Source of the DNA: Octopus vulgaris
Lineage: Eukaryota
DNA: 64,000 nucleotides
NCBI GenBank assembly: GCA_951406725.2
Contig: OX597815.1
Span: 141,856,001-141,920,000 of the forward strand
Direction: 5' to 3'
The position numbers and the translations under genes are program-made. Under the pieces are notes generated by a model. The model saw only the letters and a program-made list of their open reading frames with translations. It was not told where the DNA came from and searched no databases. How positions within the stretch are numbered: position 1 is the stretch's first letter; every line of letters begins with the position of its first letter. Positions 12,491 to 26,749 of this stretch are shown here, piece after piece.

Positions 12491-15272
12491 TGAGTTATTA
12501 TTATTCCTGTCAAACTAAGAAAAAACTCACGAATCTGTATTACTTCAAAGTCTTTCAATTTGTGAGCATTTACTTAAGGACTAATTCTAGTTATAAGTCT
12601 TATAAATGTTCACTTTGTTTTGATGCGCGTATCATGTTATTCTAGAAAATCAATTCCCAGTATGTGTGAAAGTGCAATATATATGAATGATTATACACTT
12701 TAGATAGCAAACGTGTTAAACTTGCGAGATACTCTCAATTTCAGGTATTCCAGTTTACAACATACATGTTATTTTGTTGACGGTATAATTGTCTCCTCTT
12801 GATTGATATTTATCTAACAAAAATTATTTCCCAGAATGAAATGACTTCTTAGTTCATTTTCTTCTTTTTTTAGAAAGGATTCATTGCGGCGTTATGTTGT
12901 TGTGTTTAGGATATCCCTACATGATAGGAATGCCTTTCATTGTTTTCGTAATAAAGCTTAGAAAAGAAGACATAACATCTATTATTATTATAATATAGCT
13001 AATATTCAATTAGACCTATTTTCTGAAAACATTTTCCTACAACTGCGAGAGCGGTATAATGAAAAAGGAACAATTAGGTTACGCGCTAAGCCTGCTCGCC
13101 ATGCAAGACTACGAAATTTGATTTTAAATGGTCGATTCAACGTTCAGGTATACATATTTGTCCCAGGGACTACTGAGTATGACTGAACGTAGAACTTTAT
13201 AGTTGCTATGCAAATAACCCATCCACATACTCTAAACTGAACTGCAGTTTTGAGGCTTCTGAAAGAGGCATTCGTAGATATATTTTAGGAGTTTGAAAAG
13301 AAAAGAAAAAAAAACTTTTAGGATGTGTAGTGATAAAACCCAAGGTGCAAAGCTTATCATAAAAGGGATTGTGCATAATCTTCCTTGCACTATGTATGTT
13401 TACGAGGGAAAATGATTAAGAAGGTAATGTAGGCAGGGAATAAAGTTGGTTTATGCAAATATTGATGTGCACCTGTTTAAATAGAATGCATGATGTATCA
13501 TTCATCCGATGACTAAAATGCACACAATATTTCTTTCTTATTTTATTTTAATCTCCCACACACCATATAAAGTATGAGTTGACATTGGTTGTTAGGTGTC
13601 AATCAGTACATGTTCAGAAAATCCATGACGAAAGAACCCTCAGGCATGATAAATGTGTATTTTGTGTTGTATTTTTAACTTTTCAGACTGTTGCTTTATT
13701 TTATCAGGTGAACTAGAAGATTAGAGGGTTTTTATTTATATTAACGAATGAATGCAGTAAATTAATCTGCTGCCATATAGGAATGGAGCATAAGGGTAGT
13801 GATTCAAGCGAGCAACTTCGCCAAACTTTGTTGCTGAAATCAATGGAAACAATATTGCTTTCCCTGAATTATCAAAAGTAAGGCAACATTAGTAGACTCA
13901 TATTGCTTCAGCTTGTAAACTATGTTTATTAAGATTATTAAACACTAAACATGATAAGAAACGGCATATGAACTGACAATAGCTCTGTTTTCTTGAAGCT
14001 GATATGATCAGTCAGTGCTCAGAAATATAGCTTGCGTTCATGTATGACAGTTCTGATGTTCTTGACTTGTTAATAATTACAATAATACACTGCAGCAAAG
14101 GAGAAAAAGAAGTGATTATGAAATACAAAAGAGACAAGAGGAGGGGGCAATTTTAAGTAATTTTAAATTGGCTGATTTGTTGGGAATCTCTTATTGTCAA
14201 TAATTGAGTACTTAAATTTTATATACCCATGCGTTTTTATGCCAGGCACGACATATTAAGTATAGAGTAGAGTGATAATGATTACCGGAACTATTTGAGT
14301 GTTGAATTGCCTATGTCTGTGTACGTGTTTGCAGGTATGTAGCTATTGGATGGTGCAACATGACATGCCCATTTAAATACTGAGTACAAGATTGTTGTTT
14401 TTGCATGTACATGTAAGCATATATCTGTATGTTTGTGCGTGCATACATAATAATCCTTGTATTTGCTTGTACATATATGCATAACACATGTGCAAATTGG
14501 AAATATTATGTGAGCAACAAAAGTGGTTTATTTTCACAATAAATAACATATGGGTATTGGGAGTTGAGATAATTTGCAGGCGGTGCCATGCATGACGGTA
14601 CTTTAGCGACGGAGTAGCGTGAATCAGTGGCTGATACGTGAGAGGTAGAGCGGATATTATGAAAGACAGGAGAGAAAGTCACAATGTAATCGAGTTTCGA
14701 CTAAAATATTTCATAAGCAATGTTTCAAGAGAAGAATCGATTCTACGTGATCGCAAACATCTACTTTTGCAAAGAAAATTGAGTGCAAAATTATCCTGGG
14801 AAAAGAGTTTAACGTAATTGTTTTCGAATGAACGAAGGCATTTGTAGTTTTCTAGATTGCAGAAAGTGATGGGTTAGGTCAGGGCAGAAACAAATTTCAC
14901 GGATCACTAAGAATAAAATGCAACGTTTCTTGTATATAACGTTAGTTGCTTTTATGGGTAACATTAGACACAAAGCATATCGAGATAGAAAGAAGCAAGT
15001 GCACATACTCATGGAAAGAGACACACAAACAAACACACACACACCCTACACATAGATCATTTTGCATTATATGAGAGAAAAGTGACATCTGAATAATGGA
15101 AGTTTTGAGATATCTTGAATATTAAAAAAATGCATTCACTTATCTGTTATCGTTCCTACATATTTTGCTTGTTCGAGTCATTAGATTGTGGCCAGGCTGG
15201 GGCTACGCCTAATATTATGTGTGTATATATGTAATATTTATACGCAAATATATGTGTATATATATATGTATA

Positions 15273-15326
<54 letters not shown>

Positions 15327-15329
<3 letters not shown>

Positions 15330-15768
15330 CACCATGCCACACAACAGATCATATCACAACACACGACTACGCACACTTCAGCACTGACCACTTCCCAGGC
15401 CCACATGTTCACACCTACACATACACACACACACGTGAAGATCACCAGCCCTCTTCTACAAACACATACAAGTTCTCTTATACACACGCACGCGAACCTT
15501 CGTTTTGGGATCACCACCACTTTGTCATCTCTTCTACTCCCTAGCTCTCCAGTGTGACCCTTCTGTCGAGCCCTCGCCATGATAGATCGCTAGCCACTAC
15601 ACATTCTTTGTTTCCTCTCCTTGTTACTTTCTGTGTTCCTTTCTGTGGAAGAGCGTAGGCTCGAAATGTTAAAGACTATTCCACTTCCCGAGCGTTATAC
15701 TAATACATCTGTATGTTTTCTACACCACCTGTCTTCGTCGTTTGTAATTTTTTTTGTGAATTCTCCCT
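15327..15768 (+). mobile_element. Pyrimidine-rich repeat inserted in (TA)n, probably a Penelope-like 3' end/pLTR
   Basis: Flanked by TA repeats; carries a degenerate hammerhead-like string ctgtggaagagcgtaggctcGAAAtgTT at about 15643-15670. Confidence 0.4.
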
Positions 15769-15775
15769 ATATATA

Positions 15776-16289
15776 TCTATATATATAAAACAGTAGTTGT
15801 ATGAGTGTCTGTCTCCTACGATTTAGATTCCTAACTCCTCCCACATTTTGCGGTGCAGTTTAACCAAATTCGGGTATCTTATAGTCGTGATTAATATCGA
15901 GCCCGTCTGGCTATTAGCGCGCGTCTACGATGAGTCTACGATTTTAAAAATAATTTAACATAATGTTTTATTCCATTTTAATGCATAATTTTTCGTGTGT
16001 CGATGGCGGCGGAGTTGGCGTCCACGCTCAAACACCTGCACCTGTTTGCTTCTCCCCCTTCTTCCCTCCCTCGTGAAGCTGTGGGGAAGGGAGTTTAAGG
16101 AAATCAACGTCGTAATGCGTTGTCAAGGAGACCAGCGTTCTTTTAGAGCAACGACTTCATGGCTTGAAGACACCAAAACAGAAATGGCTAAGAAAGCCCG
16201 AATTGGCATCTATAAAGGAAGTAACTCTCTAAAAATGCTTATATAGTTATTTCCCTTACAAACCCGAGCAACGCCGTGCGATACTGCTA

Positions 16290-16290
<1 letters not shown>
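15776..16290 (+). mobile_element. Non-autonomous Helitron
   Basis: 5' A|TCTATATATATAAAA, subterminal GC-rich hairpin-like cccgagcaacgccgtgcg, 3' CTAG|T. Inserted between A and T with no TSD. Confidence 0.85.
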
Positions 16291-16332
<42 letters not shown>

Positions 16333-16429
16333 AACACACACAGATACCCAGATATGCATATATCCTTTTACTCTAATATTCATTCATTAGTTTGAGCTCC
16401 AGAGTTGCGGCTTTTGCTTTGCTGCACAT

Positions 16430-16850
16430 TCATGAAACCTCCTCTGATATGTGACATTCGGTGAATGACCGAGTATTATGTTGCTAACCTCGTTTGTGTT
16501 TCTTGCCGCGAGGCAAGTTGATCCGGTACTCTTAACAAGAAGAGGTCCAGTTTTGTTTTGAAAACACCAACAACCACTCGATGTACGTCTCTCAGGAATT
16601 TTGAGAGGTTACTGAAGAGCTGTGGGCCCTTGAAAACCAAGTTGTTTCACGTCTGGTTCTGTATCCTGATGGCAATTTTGAGAAATTTGACACTCTACAG
16701 TGGTTGCCCGTCTTGCAGTTTGTCTATCTTTCAATACCAAAGTTTGGGACAAGCCCTTCCAGATGTATATAACTACATCTTTCCCGCCAATATTCCAGGG
16801 CTAAGATTTTAAACTTTTTCAACTTCAGCTGTTGAAATGTCGCGTTGAAA
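16430..16850 (-). pseudogene. CR1-group LINE ORF2 C-terminal fossil
   Basis: Minus strand reads NNLVFKGPQLFSNLSKFLRDVHRVVVGVFKTKLDLFLLRVPDQLASRQE, matching the xLFNxLP...FKxxLDxFL terminus of CR1-group ORF2. Confidence 0.7.
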
Positions 16851-16985
16851 CGATATTTTTCTTTAGCTTAGCGGGATTGCTAACGCACTCACACATACAC
16901 ACACACACGTATGTAATACATATGTACTTGCGTGTGCGTTTGTATATAAAAATGTATGTGTAAGAGAGTGTCCTTGCATGTATTT

Positions 16986-17023
<38 letters not shown>

Positions 17024-17399
17024 GTGTGTGTGTATAAACATACATATACACATGTATACATGTATTTCCAGTGTTATATATTAACCAATATTTCTCTACT
17101 ATATCACTTCATATATCATGCAAGTATATATATGGTTATATTATCTAGAACTTGTATACCCATCAACAGCACATATTCTGTACAATCCGTATTCGTTTTT
17201 CGATGTATCTGAATGCGTGTGTTAAGTTACTTGTGAAGACTACGTATACATGTTTACACTACGTATGATATATGCTTCCAGATATCTCTAAGTTATGATG
17301 CAATCTATCTTGAATCCAACTTTACACTTTTAGCCATATATCCATATATATACGTAGTCGATATTTATGTGTATATGTGTCCATGTTTGTGTGTTTGAG

Positions 17400-17423
17400 T
17401 GTTCATGTATGTATGCATGCATG

Positions 17424-17454
<31 letters not shown>

Positions 17455-17595
17455 GTATGTATGCATGCATGTGTGTATGAATCTACATATATATGTATGT
17501 AAATATATATATATGCATATCTATCTATATATATATGTATATATATATATATATTTATACATATATATATATACATATATACATATATATATACA

Positions 17596-17661
<66 letters not shown>

Positions 17662-17665
17662 TATG
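17400..17665. repeat. (TATG)n/(TA)n low-complexity tract
   Basis: Direct reading of the sequence. Confidence 0.9.
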
Positions 17666-18186
17666 GGTGGGTGTGAGTATGCATAGCTATATGCATGTTT
17701 TAAAAATGTATGCGAGTGTATATTATAAAAGCTAGCAAAGAGATGAAATGAGGAAGCCCACATCTATTCAATCATCTTACAAAGAAAACTTCATCCAACT
17801 GAATATATATTATTTGTGATGATGAAGGTGTTAGTCCACTGATAAAAAAAAATAAATATAAAAATCTTTGTACTTTATACATAGCTTTTTGACATCCTCT
17901 ATTCTGAAGTAAAGGCATTATATTTGATTTGGACGAGAAGCTCTCAATTTGAATCGGATTATGGTTTTCTTCTTTGTTCTTTTTCTCACACACATACAGA
18001 TTCATACCCCATATTTCTGTACCATTGTGGTGTTACATAAAGAAAAGATCAGTCGGTAAGCTATTTACGTTTGTATAATATCAAAGTAGCATTATCAGAA
18101 TATAGCATGTAATCTGAAGGAGATTCCTGTTCATGTATTTATATATATACATATATACGTAAGTGTATGCGTATATTTATCCACAG

Positions 18187-18246
<60 letters not shown>

Positions 18247-18739
18247 GTCTACATATATATTGGCGTGTAATTGTAAACTTATTTATAAGCATACAGCTAC
18301 ATACATATGTATGGACGAATGCATGTATGGATGGGTATATACGTACAAACATGTATATGTTCGTATTACATCGATTTATATGCATATGGTTGTATAAAAT
18401 GCATTGATATAGGGATGCTACACACACACTCATACACACACATACGCATATATATATATAGATACGCATATATACAGATATGAAATATATGAATATGTGT
18501 ATACGCGTTCATAAATTTGGTTTCATGTGAGCGTGCATCCTATTTTTCTGGTTAAGATACGCTCTCTTTCTGTGCTCGCACACGAGTTTTAGTTTTGTAT
18601 TTACTGTGTATTATTCAGTGTATGTATGCCTCCTACATTTACACACATAACAACACATAAACACACACTCACTCACGCAAATGTACACTCAAAAACACGC
18701 ACATACATACTCACACGCACGCAAACACGCGTTCACATA

Positions 18740-18835
<96 letters not shown>

Positions 18836-19059
18836 GTCTAGGTTTCTACAAGTGACAATCAATAAATAAGCAAGCACTGATATAGTAGCTCTGAAGTTTG
18901 CGGATGTGTATTTGTTTCTATGAACTTCTCTGCTTATTTGATGTAGATATATAGATCAAAGATCAATAACGATTTCTATATTTTCTTGGAACTACTTAAA
19001 CACAATCGATATACATTTTATACAAAACATTTATCTGTACGAGCGTATGGAGTTATATA

Positions 19060-19078
19060 CATACATATAGAAACATAC

Positions 19079-19111
<33 letters not shown>

Positions 19112-19150
19112 CATGTACGTGTACATATATATGTATGTGTGTATATATAT

Positions 19151-19197
<47 letters not shown>

Positions 19198-19238
19198 TAT
19201 ACATATAGATATACATATATATATACATATATATATAC

Positions 19239-19285
<47 letters not shown>
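19060..19285. repeat. (TA)n/(TACA)n low-complexity tract
   Basis: Direct reading of the sequence. Confidence 0.9.
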
Positions 19286-19288
<3 letters not shown>

Positions 19289-21666
19289 TTCTCTTTCATG
19301 TTTTTATATATATATAATCGTGTTGTGTATATGGTTTTGTATGTACGAATGTGTAGTGTGCTTGTTTGTTTCGGTATGCTTTACTTATGAGTTTCTCTCT
19401 GTGTTTCTACCTAGCGTTTTATAATGCATGATTCTTTTTGAGTCACCCTGCCTGACATTTAGCTCTCGTGGTTTCAATATCTAATTAATATTTTGTGTCT
19501 TTTAATTAAGTTCTACTTGCATATTTATGCAACCAATCCTCCATTTCAAATTTTCCTGCTGTTGTAATCCTTTTAAAACAACCTTCACATCGTACTAGAC
19601 ATTAAATATATTTAAGCGTATCAAATATTTAACTTATCCCGTTGATGTTAATGTATTATTTTATCCGTTGAATTGTTTGCAAACTGGTTAGTAAATTCTC
19701 CTTGGTTCTTGAAACTATATTAGGCATGTGATAAAAATATTATACTCCTAAGGCATTGTTTTGTTCTTCGTTAAGAGAATTATTCTGTTTCATTTCAATA
19801 AATATAGCATTCGACCTACTTTGCAGGTTACACAAGGGTGTTGCAAGTTGACTATCATCTGTCTTTTCCTTTTATGTGTGTTGCTATCCGTCTATATTTT
19901 ATATTGAGTATCACGCATACGAAAATCACAACTGAACAAGGTAGAAAGCAGTCATGTCTATATTAAAGAACAGAAGAGTGGGCGAGTCTGGAATCTCTGG
20001 TTTTGATAGAAAAAATATTTAAGTTGGGACAACATAACATTCTTCAAGTAAGGTTCATGTGAGCGTATAACTTAAGTATGCATTAACTTATGTATCCATG
20101 AAATTGTTTTGCTTTATCAGAGCCACTTATCCATTTAGTGCCCGGTTGAACTGAATTGTGTGTGAGTCGTGGTTACTTTGGAAAGGGAAATGCTGGAACA
20201 GGAATAGTGGTATAATTGTGGAGAAATATTCTATCGGTTGACTATTAGGCTAACTTCCAGAAAAAGTTTCTAATTTAACTGCATTTTCTACAAAGTTGGT
20301 TTGAAATTCAGAAGGTATGTGCTTAAATTTTCACTGTAAAAGAGGGAAGATTCTATTACAGTATCCTCTTAAATTATTGTAATTGTAACTTTTCCTTTGT
20401 AAGTATTTTTGCTAATGGCTTGAATTATTTTTAATGTTAATTTATCAAAGAATTTATGCTAACGACAACTAGGCTAATATGAATCGAATCGAAACATATC
20501 ACGTACATTGTATAGAATTATATCACATTGCCTATAGAATGTAACGTTGCTTATTTCCTTTCAAAGAAATCTTTCATGGAAACATGTGAAGCGTGTGGTG
20601 AATTAACTTTTGTAATCTTTACACGTTTTGAATTAAGTATCCATAGATTTTTACTGGATACACGATACATCATTTCGTTGTCGATCAATAGAACTGTGTG
20701 TGGGTCCATTTATTTAGTTTTGTCTTTTCTTAAGTTTCATCCACGTTCATATCTTCCATTCTTCTATTCATTACTGCTTCTTCGTCTAACACACTCAAAT
20801 ACATATATCTATATCTGTGCGCGTATCTATGTCCATGTACATATACATATATGCATATATGTATGTATATTCGTGAATGCTTGGGTTTCATTCAGTCGCT
20901 GATAAAAATGAGTACAGTTATATGAAGTGCAACCCGCTGAATATACAATTGTACTCCTACATCTATAAATATATACACAAAATTTCAGTAACCAATGTTA
21001 TTTAAACAATATAGAATATACTTTCTGCCTGACATTCTATCTTCTGAATAATAGCACACTGAACCTAAAACAGAGTATTGAAAAGAGAGAAATTGGGTGT
21101 TTACCCCAGGTACAACAAGTAGAATGTCCGTTCACAATTTACAAATCATGTACCGGCAACGGAAACATATCAATAATATGAGAGGTACAGACACAGGATT
21201 ACAGAAATGAAAGAATATCTTTTTAATGTGTATATGGGTATGCTGTAAGACATTCTTCAGTCGAGACGACAAACAACCGTACCACAAACAATGACATTAT
21301 GCATGACAAGGGACAGATGACAAAACTGGTTCGATCCAGTTATAGTGACACCAACCAGAGAAATGTTTGGAGGCAACATCACTAGCAACTAGAGGGTTTA
21401 ATATTTTCTACCATTCCCCCATACGCACATTAGTAGATACGTCTCCAAGTATATTGGTGGCACCAATGACCTGAGAAGATTGTTTTCACCCCTTACTTTC
21501 CATGGGAAATCTAAAGCAGAGGTCAAAACTAGCAATTTTAGGCACGATAAACGAAGCAGGAAATTTCGGTGAGATTACAGTAGGTAGCAGAAGTAGCTGT
21601 AAATTTGTTCTTCAAGTTACAGTCTTCTAACGATTCATTGGATAATATAACTGCAGTGTATATCGG

Positions 21667-22432
21667 CGGTTTCAAATTTTGGCACAAAGCCAGCAATTTA
21701 GGAGGTGTGGTTAGGTCGATTGCATCGACCCCACTGTTCATCTGGTACTTATTTTACCAAGCCCGAAATGATTGAAAGGCAAATTCGACATCAGGAGAAT
21801 CTGAATTCAGAACGTGAAAACAGATGAAATACCGCTAAGAATTTTGCTCGGCACGCTAACGATTCTGAAAGGTCACCATCTTAACTGTACTGTATAATAT
21901 TGATTTCAACTTCTGGCAATGACAGCAATTTAGGTGTAGAGGTTAAGTCGATTGCATCGACCCCAGTGTTCAATGGGTACTTATTTTACTGACCCCGAAA
22001 TGAATGAAAGGCAAAGTCGACGTCTGGAGAATCTGAACATGAAATACCTATTTCTTTACTACCCACAAGGAGGACAGACAAACGGATTATATCGACCCCA
22101 GTGCGTAACTGATACTTAATTTATCGACCCTGAAAGGATGAAAGGCAAAGTTGACCTCGGCGGAATTTGAATTCAAAACGTAACGGCAGACTAAATACAT
22201 ATTTCTTTACTACCCACAGGAGGCTAAACACAGAGAGGACAAAAAAGGACAGACAAACGGATTAAGTCGATTATATCGACCCCAGTTCGTAACTGGTACT
22301 TATTTAATCAACCCCGAAAGGATGAAAGGCGAAGTCGACCTCGGCGGAATTTAAACTTAGAACGTAGCGGCAGACAAAATACTGCTAAGCATTTCTTCCC
22401 GGCGTGCTACCGATTCTGCAAGCTCGCCGCCC
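21667..22432 (-). mobile_element. Cluster of four same-orientation family A SINE units
   Basis: Units at about 21667-21882, 21900-22048, 22049-22199 and 22200-22432, each with atcgacccc..actt..gaaaggc.aagt(c/t)gac. Confidence 0.9.
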
Positions 22433-24238
22433 TAACTGCGTTGTATAATATTACAAACATGCAATAAATAAAAATATAAACGGTAAAATGAACAAGGCTA
22501 TAATGGGGTTAAAAATAAATCAAGCCTTTAATATTTTGTAAATTGTAATGATAATAACTTTGCTGTGTATGTACTTTGCTTTCAGATGTTCTTTGCAATT
22601 GTGTATTTTATAGCAACAGTGATGTCTACACGTTTGGACATAATGCGCACCTGTGTAATTCAGAACTGAAACCATATACTTCAAGGCGGTTTTTCGAAAT
22701 ATAGTGACATCAAATAACGCTTGCTAGAAATTATGTCTATTCAATTAATGAATATACGGATTGTTATGTTTACGTGTAACCCTTATATGTTACGCGAGTC
22801 AAATACTAACCTCTTTACGGGTTCAGAATTAAGTAAATTTTCAGAATAAATGTAGTGATAGTTATTCGAACCTATAAAATGTGCCACAAAATATTCCTTA
22901 ATAAATAGATGAGCACTACAGCAAAGGTTACATTCGGAGTAATCTATCATTCATATGCAAATTGATTACACTACACGTATTTCGCTTATTCATGTGCCTA
23001 AATATCTTCATATCGATTTTTTTCACGTGACTCTGGGGTCAGCATGAGTATTAACCGAACACTGACAAAATATTATGGGTGTATGTCTATGTGTCTGAGT
23101 GTGTGCGTGTGTGTATGTATGTGTGTGTGTGTGTGCGTGTGTCTGTATGTGCGAATGTATGTATATATATATATATATATATGTACGTATGCATAAGCAC
23201 ACACACACGCGTTCGCGCGCATATATATGTGTATGTATGGGGATATGTTCTTGTAAGGTCACGAACAGTTATGAGTAAGCATGAACACATATCTGTGGAG
23301 TTGGTCAACGTGAGAAATAGATTCTCGTAAGGAAAGTGATGACTGCTAAAAAAAAAACACTTGAATTCATTTAATAACAAATGCTAAAGCATGAAGCCAT
23401 ATGGGTTCCCATTCAATGAGGCATGTTTAGTACAATACGATCTTCGATATATACACTTACAACCATTTTACACTATATGTGCAGTCACAAAGGCATGCAA
23501 CGACATAAACACGTACACACAAAAAACTGAAGGACATGTGTGTCTGCGCGCGCGTGTGTGTGTACGAGCGCGCGTAGGTGTGTACACATGTCTCAGAAGG
23601 TTAGGGAGGCGCGTCTATTTTGCAATAAATTCACCTGTTCCGGGAAGTTTAATATCTAATTCAACCTGATTGATAACCTATAATGTTAGCAAACGAGGGA
23701 CACCTTCTGATATACGCCGTACCATAACAATGTTCTGAAGTGGAAAACTTAGTAGACGATAATATTTTGGATATGTTATTTTCCTTAGTTTTTGTGGACA
23801 TAAACTGGATGATAATATCTACGAGTCAATTGATAATTGTGAGCATTTGTGCATAATATAATATATATATATTTGATACGGATTATCGTTTACCTGATTC
23901 CGCTTGTACATGTCTATAAACCAAGATCTCTCGGGAAGTTACTTTCGTGTTGATCGGTTTGATGTTGAGCTACAACTATATTCTATCCCGTCTAGAAAGA
24001 ATTATACCTAAATATATTTGTCTGGTATCCATTTACTGTTGTTCAACGATACTTTCTGGCTTTTATACACATGCTGGCGAAGGTACAGTAGTCAAACAGA
24101 ATTGCACCAAGAGACTTATTCTGAGAAAATTGCTCGTCAAACATATATTAACATATACATAAATGGAGGAATTTGAATAGCAACACAACCGATAGATAGA
24201 TAGCTTTCCATGTGCATGAATGCATGTATGCTTGCATG

Positions 24239-24308
<70 letters not shown>

Positions 24309-24422
24309 AGAAAGTAAAGTTTTAAGGTATACAAAGTTTTACATTTTACTTTTGACAATCTTTTTCTAAAAAAGTTAAACCGGTCAAGTCACTAACTATC
24401 TTTAAAATTGCATTTAAAAATA

Positions 24423-24461
<39 letters not shown>

Positions 24462-24558
24462 AAATGGAACAAAAACGCAATAGAGGGCATTAAAGCGTTT
24501 GGACGCATACATATATGTACGTATGTATGTATAGATACGTACATATATATATTTATAC

Positions 24559-24621
<63 letters not shown>

Positions 24622-25014
24622 TGCATGTATGTATATGTCTATTTATATATACATAAATACACCACACACACAATCACACACAACACATATATACATTCAT
24701 ATATATTTTGCGTTTGTATATGTGTGTGCGTCTCTGTATAGGTGTGTGTACACGAATACATATTTTTATATTTTTTATACTTTCGGATGAACAGTCTTGC
24801 ACATAGTTCCATCATGCTCAACGCATTCCTCTTGGTTTGTCTTTTGTGTTAGACTCCCACCCATGCCCTTGTGCTAATTTTCATGATTTCAAACATAGGA
24901 TATAAGTCCTCAAAATGAGGGCGTGGGCATAGGTACGTGGGTAAGTTAAAAGAGAAACGGAGTGAAATGGTGATCGCGACTCAATTGTAGGCAAGGATGT
25001 CAAGTTTCACAAAT

Positions 25015-25767
25015 GTACACGTTTTTCCGGCTACAACTGACAGTTTGCTTAAAAAGAAAAGAAAACACAATATCTCATGAAACTATCGAAACAATATCAA
25101 CCAGATTATGCTTGGGATATAACAGTTTACTCGAAGTAGCTGTCATCACCTTCCACCATGATCAAGTCGGCTCCGGATTTTGGCACAGGCAGAGCGGTTG
25201 GCGTCTTTCCCAAACATACCCTAGACATGGCAATGCATAGAATTAAAAATCGTGGAATGAGATGCCCAGAAATTACCGGAGGTAAAGTCCCAGAAATGCT
25301 CGCCAACAGGTTTTGACTGAGGTGAATTTCGCAACAATAGACATGTCCCTACAGGAGCAAACTTTACCAGAGAGCGATGGACCAGTGTCCGGCAATATCA
25401 TATAGCCATGTGAATTGAAACTCTGGTCTTGTTCAAAGATATAAGGAAGAATGGTTGTGTGTGGATGTCTGCTGCTCACGTCTTCGTGGAAAGCATTGTA
25501 CCTATCCATGTCAAGTCATGGTCTCTTCACTATTTATGTAACATTGAGTTGAAATCATCATGTCAGCATGCCCCTGCGCGAATCATCAAAATAGAAGTAA
25601 ATCTTCTCCAATATTCAGATGGCTTCCACACCTTCATATCAACTATGTCTTACTCAATTACGACTTCAGTCCTTTTGCTCTCCATCGCTGTTAGCTATTC
25701 AACAACAGATAAATCTGTTTGCGATACAATGACGCAAAGACACCATATCAGTCCGAACTCGCTGTAA
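25015..25767 (-). pseudogene. Tc1/mariner-superfamily transposon fossil (probably DD37D/maT-like)
   Basis: Minus-strand remnants ILPYIFEQDQSFNSHGY and FWDFTSGNFWASHSTIFNSMHCHV*G resemble PPxIF..lNsxxY and FWPPxSPDxNPMDYxVWG. Heavily degraded. Confidence 0.5.
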
Positions 25768-26718
25768 TGGTAGGAAAACTTCATCTTATTGAATTATTCT
25801 TTGAGATATTTAAAAAATTGACCACTATTACTGCATGGGGATTTTTTAAATAGGCTAAGGAAATTACTGGTGAATTTTTAGGTTATTTTACATTGTATTA
25901 AGGCGTGGATCTTTTACATATTATTAACTGCCGAAAGCAATGGTATTTCTGTTTTGTTGAACCATATTATTGAAGCATATATTTTTGATGACTTCATTAG
26001 TTGCAAGAAATTACATGATTTAAATTGTTTTGTTCCCAAAATCCTTCAGTTTTCTTTTCGGACTATAGTCATATATTGTCTAAGTTTTTTCTGTCTTCTG
26101 ATAAAAAAAAAAAATAGACTGCGATTGTTTTCGATGCACTATATTATGGGAACCTAACGTCTGTATAACTGAAATTTATATCGCTTTCTGAGGTTTTTCC
26201 CCATCTTTATAGCAAGCAAATATCGATAGAAATACCGACACTCACTTATGAATCAACGCTGTAGACAAATTCCTTCCGCTTAATTTAATCATATTTTATC
26301 GACTTTTCCATGTTGTTCTTGGACACTATCACTATAGATCTAGAGTAGCATTATTGTAAAAAAAAAAAACATTGTCTATGACAAACCATTGATCATTCAA
26401 TTTATGTGATATATATGTGATAGATCAATCAATATATGTGATATATGATGGCGGAATTTGAATAGCAACATCACTTATAAACATAGAGTAATAAATTTAG
26501 ACCTATCATAATTCATGTATATATATGTGTGTGTATGTGTGTATGTGTGTCTGCGCGCGTGTGCGTATGTGTGTGTTTGTGTGTGTGTGAATGTCGTTTT
26601 TCTCGAGTATGCGTCTTCGTGCTGCTATGCAAAATATATATGTGTAATGTATATGATATGTGTGTATGTGTGCTTGTGTGTGTGAGTGAGAGAGATAGAA
26701 AGAGAGAGAGAGCGAGAA

Positions 26719-26749
<31 letters not shown>

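Noticed and set aside
13400-13900. tacgaggg.. start resembling a mariner TIR
   Set aside because: No matching second TIR or convincing transposase motif identified.
22587-22705. Strong acceptor followed by DVYTFGHN (RCC1-like) frame
   Set aside because: The motif is too short, the frame ends in a stop and no partner exons were found.
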